Shown here: one piece after another, positions 1 through 12,840 of the stretch | How positions within the stretch are numbered: position 1 is the first letter of the stretch | How the letters are laid out: each line of letters starts with the position of its first letter | Origin: Eledone cirrhosa | Taxonomy: Eukaryota | DNA length: 64,000 nucleotides | Reading direction: 5' to 3' | Assembly: GCA_964016885.1 (NCBI GenBank) | Contig: OZ024745.1 | Location: 118,668,001-118,732,000 of the forward strand | Program-made: the position numbers and the translations under genes | Notes under the pieces: model-generated | What the model was told of the DNA's origin: nothing | Seen by the model: the letters and a program-made list of their open reading frames with translations, nothing else | Databases searched by the model: none

Positions 1-164
1 AAAGTTAGGAAATCCACATACTTTTGTCAATAATTTCTAAGTACATTCATCACCATCATTTTACGTTCACTTTCCATAATGGCTGGGTTGGGTGGATTGT
101 TACAGGTCAGGGGAGACCAGGTTGGGTGGATTGCTAAGTTTTATTATTTAGGGTTAATATTTGA

Positions 165-370
165 AAAGAGTACCCAGTCCACACTGTCAAGTGGTCAAGT
201 AGGTGTCACGATAAAAAGCACTGTCCACTCTGTAAATGTGGTTGGTGTTAGGAAGAGCATCCAGCCATAGAAACCAAACCAAAAGCAGTCCATTATCCTA
301 TCTGGCTTGTCTCACAACAGGAGAATTCGTCTAACCCATGCTAGCATGGAAAAATGGAGATTTGATGATG
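165..370 (+). mobile_element. 3' part of a SINE/RTE-tail repeat (aggaag[a/g]gcatccagc ... aacccatgctagcatggaa ... gatgatga tail)
   Basis: The same motif set recurs at ~5550-6010, 6318-6535, 25540-25837, 44020-44250, 59710-59895 and in the full SINE at 61985-62361. Confidence 0.7.
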
Positions 371-1109
371 ATTAAATAAAATATTTCTCTCAATTAACAT
401 GGCATATGACATAGTAACATAGACCAACTTATTTAATACCATTGTTGTTCACTGTAGCACCTCTAGCTTTGTGTGTCCAAAGTCCTTTCTCAACTCTATA
501 TGCAGCAAACTTACATTGTAGTTGTTTTGTTTTTGTTTTTATTTCATAGAACACTAAAACTATAGCTTGCAAAGCTCCAGGGGTTTTAAAACTCTCATAA
601 CTTTGATAGCAAGATACTGGTCTATCTAAGAAAATAATTTTCGTTTGGTGAAGTACAGAACCAATTTCTACAAAAGAGAGGTATGTTCAGCTGAAACATT
701 GCCAGATTGAATTGCTGGTACTTAGATTATCAACACTACAATGATGATATATATCTAATAATATAAAATGTCTCACATTTCACTCTGACACAAAAAAACA
801 TGATTAAGGGAGATAATTATGACTTTAACACTTACGAGATAATGTTCTATTTCTTAATTAACTTTAAATAAAAGGAGTTGTTTTAGAATAACAACCAAAT
901 AAAAATCATTGATTTTTATCTTTTCCACAAAATATTTTGAGCACATCTATGATCAAAGGACATTTCTGCTGAGACAATTCTATCTTTTTGTATGAGTATA
1001 GAAACAGTTTGGGATATATTTCCTTTTCTAAGAGAATGCAGTGTGATTTGAGGAAGATTTGGCTGTTATATCTAACAGGTAGAACAACAACATAAAAACT
1101 GTCTTGTTG

Positions 1110-1350
1110 TTGCTCTTCTTCACCCACTTATCCCTGGGAGGCTGGTGGGGACAGAGTCTTTAAATTGCCTTCCTGTGGAGCCTGTCAAAGGCAGCCACCT
1201 TCAATTGATCCATCTGGATCCCTAAGTGAGACTATCCAAGCTCACAGATGTTATCCACCCATCTGGCTTGAGGTCTACTCCTGGGTGTCCTTGTCAGTTG
1301 GGTTTGCCCATAAAATCTATCCAATGATTCTTTCTTGAGACACTCTAACT
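1110..1350 (-). mobile_element. Decayed RTE-type LINE 3' fragment
   Basis: Homologous in reverse orientation to 46700-46935 (caattgatcc/gatcaattg, gatgttatcca/tggataacatc). It has a remnant RP.GRP..RW.DNI-type C-terminal motif. Confidence 0.55.
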
Positions 1351-1667
1351 GAAACCTTCATAGGCTGACTATGAAGGAGTGATGCTAAGGCTGTAAAGTC
1401 TTGCATGCATTAATTTTAACTCTTCTTATTAATAACTGCATTGTTTCTTTCCAGGGACTATATTTAAAAATAAACCTCATTTGGTCATTCCAAGAGAGTA
1501 TCTTGGTCAGCCTATGAAACTTCTCAGCCGACTCTTGTACATATATACACACACACTCATGCAGAAACGATGCCAGAAATAGAACAGAAGTTACTCCAAG
1601 CTGACTAGTGTCAAGCTGTTACAACACATTCAATCTATGCTTGCCTGGAAAGTGCGTATAAAATAAT

Positions 1668-1840
1668 TTTCTACTTTAGGCACAAGGCCAGCAAATTACC
1701 CAGTGCATTACTGGTACTTTATTTTATCGACCCCCGTAAGGATGAAAGGCAAAGTCAACCTCGGCAGGATTTGAACTCAGATCGTAAAGGGACGTAACTA
1801 TGCTGGAAAGCATGGCGTCCGACCCTCTACCGATACTGCC
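1668..1840 (-). mobile_element. tRNA-derived SINE with Meta-like central domain
   Basis: The reverse complement contains box B (gagttcaaatcc) followed by gcctttcatccttacgggggtcgataaaataaagtaccag. About 20 copies occur in the window. Confidence 0.85.
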
Positions 1841-2019
1841 AAAAAAATGACACATATATACATACACACACAACACGTGCCTTTATGTAAGATCTATGGC
1901 CTTTATAAACATTAAGAGTGAAAGCAGCGATTCTTTGCTTAAACTTTAATCTGCTATTTTAATAAATATTTGCTCGTCAGGTTTTTTATATATCTTTATT
2001 TATATATATATATATATTT

Positions 2020-2084
2020 TATTTCATTATACATATTTCAAGGACACCAAGTTAAATTATGATGTACTTTCATCAGATAAAATA
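2020..2084 (-). ncRNA. Type I hammerhead ribozyme motif (intact core)
   Basis: Minus strand reads UAUUUUAU-CUGAUGA-AAGUACAUCA...UGGUGUCCUU-GAAA-UAUGUA-UA|AUGAAAUA. Stem I is 8 bp, stem II is 9/10 paired, and the cleavage triplet is AUA. Confidence 0.75.
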
Positions 2085-2220
2085 TAATATAGATCAGTTT
2101 TATAAATAAATATTGACATACCCATAAAAAATGCAACCATTACTGTTGGAAGCTTCCAACAATAATGGTTGCATTTTTTAAGGGTATGTCAATATTTATT
2201 TATAAAACCGATCTATCTTA

Positions 2221-2285
2221 TATATTATCTGATGAAAGCACACCATAATTTAACTTGGTGTCCTTGAAATATGTATAATGAAATA
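2221..2285 (+). ncRNA. Type I hammerhead ribozyme motif (intact core)
   Basis: ctgatga at 2229-2235; stem II aagcacacca/tggtgtcctt; gaaa at 2266-2269; tatgta-ta with predicted cut after 2277; stem I tatattat/atgaaata (7/8). Confidence 0.75.
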
Positions 2286-2393
2286 AATATGGTATTGTTA
2301 ATATCGTATTTTTACTCCAAATATTTGTTGAGTGCTTTATATCAGTTATAAAAATATTTGCTTGTTGTATCCCAACAATTTAAATAGAACTTT

Positions 2394-2394
<1 letters not shown>

Positions 2395-2441
<47 letters not shown>

Positions 2442-2575
2442 TATACAAACACACACACACATATATACATATATACATACATACACAAATATACACAAAC
2501 ACACATACACATACACACATGTGTACCTTCATATATATATATAGACACACACATACATACATACACACACACACC
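2395..2575. repeat. (TA)n/(CA)n compound microsatellite
   Basis: Directly visible. Confidence 0.95.
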
Positions 2576-3299
2576 TATGTAACGTTTCTGCTGTAGATGT
2601 ACCACCTAAGTTTTGTCTGTCAATCTATATTTACAATACCGAGTTCATCTAATCCATATTTACACCGTCAACCAGTTATACCCAACAAACTAGCTAACCA
2701 GTCAATAATTTTGGGACAGGCTGTGTCTATTTAATAAACATTTATAAGCTGCAGTAACTATGCATATCTGCAAGATGTTCCTACTCAAATCGTGAAAATA
2801 TAATTACATGGATTTATATCAGTATATTAAGCTATAAAGCAGATAAAAACAACAAGCAACATTTGAATGGAATTTAACCTTAATGTTGGGCAGATAGGAT
2901 CAGTTACACTAATATTATGTTACATTGGTTTTAAACTTTTGGTGGGGAGTTAGACATAATATAATCTCTGACAAAAAACTTTATTTGCATTATCCATGAT
3001 ACAATTGCAAGTGAAGCTACTCTACTCATCTTTGTTTTAAGTGATTGTTGTACAGAAATTTAGAACATGCAAATGGTTATCAGAGATGAGTTCCAACAAC
3101 CAATCTGATGACAGTTTTACACAATAACAAACAAAAAAGATTATCTATATTTATATAAAAGAGAGAGGAGTAGTTTGACTACCTCATACTACTCCTCTCT
3201 CTTTATGTCTGTTGCTTGTGTGAATGTATGTGTGTGTAAAAGGAAGGAAGGGGATGGTGAAAAACTATAGCAAAATAGCAGCTGGTGGTTCATTTGTTA

Positions 3300-3730
3300 T
3301 TCTGTGTATGTGTTTGTGTGAATGTGCCTCTGTGTGAATGTGTGTGTGTGAATGTGTGTTTGTGTGAATGTATGTTTGTGTGAATGTGTGTCTGTGTGAA
3401 TGTGTGTCAGTGTGAATGTGTGTTTGTGTGAATGTATGTCTGTGTGAATGTATGTTTGTCATCATCATCATCATCATCGTTTAACGTCCATCTTCCAAGC
3501 TAGCATGGGTTAGACTGTGTCTGTGTGAATGTATGTGTGTGTGTGTGTGAATGTATATGTGTGTTTGTGTGAATGTCTGTCTGTGTAAATGTGTGTGTGC
3601 GTGTGAATGTATGCCTGTGAGTGTGTATTTTAGTAAGTGTGTGTGTTTGCATGTTTATATTTATATACTCATACATATAAATGTATGCATATGCACATAC
3701 ACACACATGCATACACATATACACATACGT
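3300..3730. repeat. TG-rich microsatellite with gtgtgaat subunits
   Basis: Directly visible; interrupted by a SINE tail at ~3459-3515. Confidence 0.9.
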
Positions 3731-6700
3731 GCCAGCATGTTGAAAAAAATCCTAGTTTTCTATATTCCCTTGTTAATGTTTTTCTTGTGACTATGAGTTG
3801 TTTAACATGCATATTACAGGGATCAAATCTTTAATATAAGAAATCCTTAAATTTTGAAAGTACTAAAAACAGAGGCTTAGAATGTTTTAATAGTTTAGGC
3901 CATTAGATAAAAGGGGGAATTCTGTAAGGAAGTTTCTTGGTAACAATGCTAACATTTGATAACGAGCAGGATTACTACAACACTATATCGTAATATAAAA
4001 CAACTATTACATTACTAGCATCACCTTGATTACCATAGCACAGCTACCACTATCATATCACCTACCAATACAACGTACTAAATGAAACTGCCACAACTAA
4101 TGTTACACAAACCCCAGCCACAACCTTTTACACAACTATTACTAATATTACGCTATTAATAATACATAAACCCTTTACTAACAATTCCTTGTATAAAAAT
4201 GGTGTTGAAATTGTTTTGTTTTTTTGTTGTTATTTTCAAATTCTGTTTCAGCATGTCTACAATTAGATTTTATAAATACAAGAGAGTATTAGTCACTGTA
4301 TGTGTATGGACCACATGGGAAGATGTACGTGTATGGACACACACATATATAAGAAATACATACATACACACTGGTTTGGTTGAAATAGAATAACAGAGAG
4401 TGCTTCAATAGACTCGGGTCTGCTAAAGGTACTCAAGAAGCAGGAGGTGGCGCTAAAGGAGAGATATAAAGGGCAAGATGACATGGGTGGGTGGATGGTT
4501 AAGGGGAAATATGAGAAGTGCCTTCATGGGTTTGTTTTGGTTTACATTCCTCTACATAAGTACACACATTCTTTCATACAAAAACTAATCCATATATACT
4601 CTCACATGATGCAAACATGCACACACATATTTACCTAGTATATATATGTATGTCCATAACACACATGCACATACACATACACACATATACATGCATGCGC
4701 GCGCACACATATTTTTTATTAGATACTTTATATACTCGAGTAATAGTTGATGTTAAGTAAAAGTCAACCTTAGTATTTCACGGATAACAGGTCCACATTT
4801 GTGAGTCAACGTATCATCCCATATGTAGAATTAACACTTACAAAAGTGGAATGCTCGCTGTTTATAGTAAAACACCATATAATAGTGAGCACTACACATC
4901 TGTCGATGGGTGCTACATCACCACTACTAAGATACATGCACAAGATGTGCTGCAAGCATGCAGCCTTTATATTTTCTTCCAAACACAATAAACACATGTA
5001 TCAGCACTTGTCCCATTGTCTGTTTACATGGTGAGAAACGTGTATCACAGACAACGCTGCCAGGGAACACTAGCACACATTACTGTCTGCCGTGTGCACA
5101 ATATTATGGTAGGTAGTGGCATACTGGTAGATATATTACTCATGTGTAATATACAGTAATTATGAGATATAAATTGATTGCACTAAGCTAGTCTGTTAAG
5201 TGTGATAGATATGAGGAAAGCAGCAAGTGTAAATATTTATAAGAGCTACGCGGCCTTGTTTCTGGATTTTGTTATTTACTAGGACGTATGTTTTGATGCA
5301 CAGAGTCAGTAGTACTGTAATTTATTGTTTTTCTTTTTTTATTCGTTTAGAGATCAGTTGGGCTTCTGCTACTAATGTGGTACTTTGGATTCTAGTTCGA
5401 ATTTCAAGCCCCTCAAATGAAGTATCCATGTAAAAGTAGACCTAATAAATTTAACCTTAAAAAATTGGTCTAAGACATTTGACTTTTACACAGGTATATA
5501 CACGTATGAGAGAGAGAAAGAGAGAGAGAAAGAGAAAGAGAAAGAGAAAGATCATCTTCATCCTCTTCACCGTGTTATGTCTATTTTCTATGCTTGCATG
5601 GGTTAGATGCATTGTTACATTCTGGGGTTAGTCCGGTCACTTCTAGCTCATGTTTCATATTGGCATGGTTTCTATGCTAGAATGCTCTTCAGAAAGCCAA
5701 CCACTCTACAGTGTTGTAATGGGAGTATTTTATCGTAATGTCACCAATTTTTCAGAGTAAACTGGGTGTTGTTTACCATGGCACCAGCACTAGAGTGTTG
5801 GTTAGAAGTATGTTATTATGGCACCAACCCTACAACTTTACATAGTGGTGTATATGGAAGCATGTATAATATGTTTCATCATCATCATCATCATCATCAT
5901 ACATCCATTTTTTTCATGCGTGCATGGGTCAGACGAGTCGTCCGTGTCAAGAGACATGTCTGGCCAGGGTTTTTTGCAGTTGGATGCCCTTCCTTACATC
6001 AACAATATATACAGTGTTATAAATAATATACATAAATTTTGTTGTGGATATTTTAAGCTGTGGTCATGTCATAGTTACCTTAGTAGCCATGTTAGAAAAC
6101 TAAATAGCACTATTTCAGGGTTTTTTCTATCTTCAGTACAGTTCAGTTCAGAGGCAAAATAAGCTGACAGCTTATATAGATTTTTGTTAATAATACATTT
6201 ATAGTGATGCTCATTTGCATATAATGGAAGCTTGATGAGCTGGTATTGATTAGCAGTAACACAAGATAATTCATAATAGAGGTGTGTATGAAAACATATA
6301 CAGCATCTCTATGTATATCACCATCGTCATTTTACATCCATTTCTCCACACTGGCATGAGTTAGACGAGTTGTCCTGTTGTGGGCAATGTTAAGTCAGGT
6401 GACCATGTCTTGCTCATATAGAACTGATTTTGGCTTGGTTTCTACAGCTGGATGCCCTTCCTATTGCCAACCTCATTTACAGTGAGTACTGGGTGCTTTT
6501 TGTCATGTTACCTACATGACCACTTTACAGTGAGGGTATTTTAAGTTGTAATCATGTGTTTCAATTTATTATATATAAATGTATTGTATGTGCTACTGCC
6601 ATAAGAAAGTTAGGATTGAAGGGATTTTTAAAGCTTGCCAAATAAAGGGTTGGGGGGACCTTTCAGTCGTATCAAAAACCTGACAGCCTCCCTAGTGTTG

Positions 6701-7085
6701 GTGATCTACATGATAAATTCACCCAGTACACTGTGTTCCTTCCCGGTATGGTCCAAGTTTCAGATCATCCCTGATTACCTCTTCCCTGTCTACCAGGGTC
6801 TACAACCTTGCAACATCAATATATCTACTCACCACTGCAGTTGACATGTCTAACATAGTCTGTATTACAGAGTCAAGTGCTGGCATTTTTAATTAAAACC
6901 ATAGTATTTATGTTGTTTATATTTTCCAACACATTTTAGATGTTTAAAATAAACTGAGTTCTATTGGATCCCTGTTATGATGACAAGTGTTCCAGTTGTT
7001 CAAACAATGGAACAACCTACTTAAGAAATGTACAAGTAGCTGGACAGGCAGTGCTTTCCATAAGAAATATCGTCATAATAATAAT

Positions 7086-7260
7086 TGTTTCTACTTTTGG
7101 CACAAGGCCAGCAATTATCCCAGTGCATTACTGGTACTTTATTTTATCGACCCCGGAAGGATGAAAGGCAAAGTCAACCTCGGCGGGATTTGAACTCAAA
7201 TGGCAAGGGCCGTAACTATGCGCTAAAGCATGGTGTCCGACGCTCTGCCGATACTGCCAA
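7086..7260 (-). mobile_element. tRNA-derived Meta-like SINE
   Basis: Same family as 1668-1840. Confidence 0.85.
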
Positions 7261-7611
7261 TGCTTTCTTCTTTCTATTTACCAATCTAAAGCACTATAAA
7301 ATTCTATCAACTGTAATATGATATATTTTGTTTATATGTATACACACACACACATACAAATGTATATATAGGTATGTGCGTGCATGTGTGTGTGTGTGCA
7401 TGTACACATGAGCATGTATATGCGTGTTTAAATACATACATATATATGTGAATGTGTATACATATATATATGTTTAATATATATATATGTATATATAATT
7501 GTGTGGGATGCTTAAGGCGTCCGTATGCGTTAGGCCGTTTGAGCACTCGATGCTCTTATAGAGCAGAGTATAATATAATATTATTTGGAAACTCTGCTTC
7601 GAAGAATCGAC

Positions 7612-7704
7612 ACGTATCTGAGGATCTTGCGATTTCGGAGTCAGGTTCGATCATTGCATCGACCGTGCCTCGAGCTGGTCGCTAGAGAAACGATTGTAAT
7701 ATGT
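7612..7704 (+). ncRNA. Type I hammerhead ribozyme motif (intact core) in a (TA)n-flanked element at ~7498-7752
   Basis: Stem I acgtat/atatgt; ctgagga at 7618-7624; stem II tcttgcgatt/ggtcgctaga; gaaa at 7687-7690; c-gatt-g-ta with GUA cut after 7698. Confidence 0.8.
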
Positions 7705-7977
7705 CTAATAAATTTTAATTTGTCACACCACTGATTCTCCGTTTCTTATGTGATATATATATATATAAATCATATCTGTTAGGCTGTTTACCAACGGGTA
7801 GAACCGGTGGTTCAGCTTGGTAAATGATGATGCAACAAATTAATTAAAGCACTCAAAGTTATGCCAATCATCCATCGTAGATGTGGTATCCAGTGTTTGG
7901 AGCAGGAACGGAGTAAAGAATTCATTAAAACAACAGAAAGCTGGTCTGGAAAATATATTTTAGAATTTTAATTCCTC

Positions 7978-8061
7978 GCAAGCACTATACATATTTAGAT
8001 GGCCCAGCTCTATCATCCGATTATGATGTAGAACTAGATGATTTCTTCAGGTGTTACTTGC
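7978..8061 (-). ncRNA. Decayed hammerhead motif
   Basis: Minus strand reads gcaagtaacac-CUGAAGA-long stem II-(U)AAA-uaugua-ua|gugcuugc. GAAA is mutated to UAAA and the base of stem II is eroded. Confidence 0.55.
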
Positions 8062-8652
8062 AGAATTATATAATAGGATTACATTGAACCCAAATACAGA
8101 ATAGGAGGTAGAAGACACAAAGATATTGAAAATAGGGGACCAATTGGATTCGGTGACCGCCTGCTAATTTGGTGTTACACCGATAGCAGACGATATAAGT
8201 ATGTGAAGTGTGTATATCGGATAATATACGATTTGTTTATGAATAAACATTTGAAAGCCTTTAGCTATGAATTCTAAAAGGTGGTGGCAGGGCGCCACCT
8301 GGTGACTTCCAACAGAAGCAAGGGGAAATTACCGACTGCTGTTTCTGGCTTATTGGCCATTGTCAAGATAAAGTACCACTCTACCCCCTATGTTGGAACG
8401 AACACTTTAATTAAAGAGAGATTACTCTGCTTTGTAAAACTATCAGCTTTAATGATATCCTTTATATATATAGATCAATTAAATAGTTATCTGTCTCTAA
8501 TACTTAGACATCTCAATGAAAGGAAAAAATATATTAATAAATTATCAACTCGTAGAAGTAATGAAACATATTAAACTGAAGCCAAAATCTCTATTTGGGG
8601 GGATATTAGCTGGTATATATGCTTTATATATGAATATATGTATATATGTATG

Positions 8653-9468
<816 letters not shown>

Positions 9469-10290
9469 ATGTGTGTGTATGCTTTATATATATATATATG
9501 TATATATGTATGCTTTATATATATGAATATATGTATGTATGTATATATATGTGTGTGTATATATGTATTTGTGTTTAACACACCCACCTCCTATGAAATG
9601 CAACCTTGAAAGAGGCCAGCTAAACCTACACAGGCGTGGGCTGTAAATTTCATTTTCATTTCATATAATAAAGGTCTGTTTTTTATATTTATTTTTCACA
9701 ACGTTTAACATGGTTAGTGTACATAATTGGTGTGTGTGCAAGTGCATGTGTGTGTATTTGTTGTTAATTTATTAACTGTTTAAATGTATAAGTCATTTTC
9801 CAGGTAGCCTGCTTACCCTGTTGCCTCACCATCTCTACTTATCTACCTATCTATATCCTTAGCCATTCTATCTGTCTTCTCCTTTCACTTCCATATGCGA
9901 AACTCTTATTTCCTGACAGACAACATCTCTAGAACAGCACCAACACACATTACTCTGGTTTCTTATAGGAATGGGATTCAGCAAGATTTTTTTTGCCGAA
10001 AGACCATGACTAGCACAGCCTACAGTATTGAAAATAATTGCATATACAGCAGGGCTAACACTAACCATGCTAGTGCCTCACACAGTAATAAAGAGGCTAG
10101 CTGAGGGCATGTGCAAGAACTCCTCAATCATCATCAAATGATTTAACATTCCCTTTCAGGTATGGGAAGACAACCCTAACATCAATGTAAGGTAACCTAA
10201 TTCAGAACTGTCACATTTAATGTTGGCACACTGAAAGGTAAATCAAGTGCAATTATGGACATGCTGGAGTAGTGACAAATAGGTGTGTGC

Positions 10291-10775
10291 TGTGAGCAAG
10301 AGGTAAGATGGAGGGGTTGTGGGCAAGAGGTGAGATGGAGGGGTTGTGGGCAAGAGGTGAGATGGAGGGGTTGTGGGCAAGAGGTGAGATGGAGGGGTTG
10401 TGGGCAAGAGGTGAGATGGAGAGGCTGTGAGCAAGAGGTGAGATGGAGGGGTTGTGGGCAAGAGGTGAGATGGAGGGGTTGTGGGCAAGAGGTGAGATGG
10501 AGGGGTTGTGGGCAAGAGGTGAGATGGAGAGGCTGTGAGCAAGAGGTGAGATGGAGGGGTTGTGGGCAAGAGGTGAGATGGAGGGGTTGTGGGCAAGAGG
10601 TGAGATGGAGGGGTTGTGGGCAAGAGGTGAGATGGAGGGGTTGTGGGCAAGAGGTGAGATGGAGAGGCTGTGAGCAAGAGGTGAGATGGAGGGGTTGTGG
10701 GCAAGAGGTGAGATGGAGGGGTTGTGGGCAAGAGGTGAGATGGAGAGGCTGTGAGCAAGAGGTGAGATGGAGGGG
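10291..10775. repeat. 27-bp minisatellite, ~18 units
   Basis: Unit gggcaagaggtgagatggaggggttgt, with a recurring variant (gagaggctgtgagcaa). Confidence 0.95.
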
Positions 10776-10812
10776 CTGCATCAGCCAGACACCTCACAAG
10801 CATACTATTTAA

Positions 10813-11023
10813 CCCTTTAGCATTTACATTACTTTATATATACTATTATATTTTTGTGTTAAAGGCTTTATCTCACATAATTATCCCACATAATATGGAA
10901 TCTATGGGATTTTGATATTATTTATTTTGAGAACAATACCTTTATATCAGTATGAGTCACCGGTTTGAACAGAAAAAGGTGAGAGAATTCTGGCCAGATA
11001 TAGCCGGTTTAAATGCTAAAGGG
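10813..11023. mobile_element. piggyBac-type MITE
   Basis: TIRs ccctttagcattta/taaatgctaaaggg with TTAA at 10809-10812 and 11024-11027. Relatives at ~16342-16530, 18897-19103 and ~60011-60190. Confidence 0.85.
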
Positions 11024-11597
11024 TTAAATACAAGCTTTTCCACAAAGAAATGAAAATAGCTACATAGATTTGGTATTTTACTGAGAAGTGGATAAGTAAC
11101 CGAGGTAGAAAAAATGACAGAATTATTAAGTTGAGAATAGTAATAAGCAATAGAATACCGACAGCTATCTCCACTAATGCCTGGCAATCAGGACTAAGTA
11201 AAGAACAGAAAGACTGTTTCTATGAGGACCTCTTACAGACAACTTCAGTAAGAGATGACAGAAAGCTCATCATCTTAGTAAATTCAATGGACATGTTCAG
11301 CAGCATCAGAATGGCTAAGCTTCAGTGCACAGTGGCTATGGACATGGCTCAAGCAATGAAGAGATCTCAAGGCTCCTAAAATTCAGTGATGCAAATAAGT
11401 TGACCTTTTGCAACATTAATTTCAGGTAACCTGCCAGCTACTTTATCATCAACCAAGCAGGTGAGCATGCAAGCTAGATTGACTTCATACTTGTTAGAAA
11501 ATGGGATAGACAGATGATTATGAATATTTTACCAGAGAATTCACCACCCAACAAAAATTGATATTATTGACATCAGACAGAATTATAAACACTAGAC

Positions 11598-12840
11598 CAG
11601 TGGTTCCCAATCGTGTGTGTACCATCCCCCACCTTAACATCTGAAAAATTGTTATGCAACCCCTGCTTTGATATGAAAACAGCAATGATCAACTGCAAAG
11701 TGTAAAGAAATTGGTGTATAGGTGGTGCCAGATACACAATAACAGGAGGTGAGACAGGAGTTTCTGACAGTAATGTGTACCAAAGTTACCTTGGTGTAGG
11801 TGGTGCCAGATACACAATAACAGGAGGTGAGACAGGAGTTTCTGACAGTAATGTGTACCAAAGTTACCTTGGTGTAAGTGGTGCCAGATACACAATAACA
11901 TATGGAGGAGGTGAGACAGGAGTTTCTGACAGTAATGTGTACCAAAGTTACCTTGGTGTAGGTGGTGCCAGATACACAATAACATATGGAGGAGGTGAGA
12001 CAGGAGTTTCTGACAGTAATGTGTACCAAAGTTACCTTGGTGTAGGTGGTGCCAGATGTACAATAACATATGGAGGAGGTGAGACAGGAGTTTCTGACAG
12101 TAATGTGTACCAAAGTTACCTTGGTGTAGGTGGTGCCAGATGTACAATAACATATGGAGGAGGTGAGACAGGAGTTTCTGACAGTAATGTGTACCAAAGT
12201 TACCTTGGTGTAGGTGGTGCCAGATGTACAATAACATATGGAGGAGGTGAGACAGGAGTTTCTGACAGTAATGTGTACCAAAGTTACCTTGGTGTAGGTG
12301 GTGCCAGATGTACAATAACATATGGAGGAGGTGAGACAGGAGTTTCTGACAGTAATGTGTACCAAAGTTACCTTGGTGTAGGTGGTGCCAGATGTACAAT
12401 AACATATGGAGGAGGTGAGACAGGAGTTTCTGACAGTAATGTGTACCAAAGTTACCTTGGTGTAGGTGGTGCCAGATGTACAATAACATATGGAGGAGGT
12501 GAGACAGGAGTTTCTGACAGTAATGTGTACCAAAGTTACCTTGGTGTAGGTGGTGCCAGATGTACAATTACGTATGGAGGAGATGAGACAGGAGTTTCAG
12601 ACAGTAATGTGTACCAAAGTTACCTTGGTGTAGGTGGTGCCAGATGTACAATTACGTATGGAGGAAGTGAGACAGGAGTTTCTGACAGTAATGTGTACCA
12701 AAGTTGCCTTGGTGTAAAAGTAATAAAGTAAAACTTGAGGTTTGTTCTCATTAACATAATTTTCAAATGGCCCCCCCCCCCCCCCTTAAATATTCAAATT
12801 TCCCCCATGTAGGGTGTGTGCCCCACGTTGAGAATCACTG
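11598..12840. mobile_element. Non-autonomous hAT element carrying an internal tandem array
   Basis: TIRs cagtggttcccaa/ttgagaatcactg with a perfect 8-bp TSD cactagac (11590-11597 and 12841-12848). Confidence 0.9.
11713..12716. repeat. 84-bp tandem repeat, ~12 units (first two are 78 bp)
   Basis: 28-aa periodicity in the ORF track; directly visible. Confidence 0.95.

Larger units (their letters stand above)
2017..2390. mobile_element. Foldback Penelope-like/retrozyme element with two hammerheads in inverted orientation
   Basis: About 135-bp inverted arms centred on gttggaagcttccaac (2145-2160), flanked by (TA)n on both sides. Homologous to 56787-57130. Confidence 0.75.

Noticed and set aside
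1915-1988. Minus-strand CUGACGA next to a TA tract as a hammerhead
   Set aside because: No correctly placed GAAA, stem III or NUH could be found.
11652-12731. ~300-aa repeat ORFs, or a CRISPR-like array
   Set aside because: It is a pure 84-bp tandem repeat inside a TSD-flanked hAT element, with no unique spacers and no cas genes.
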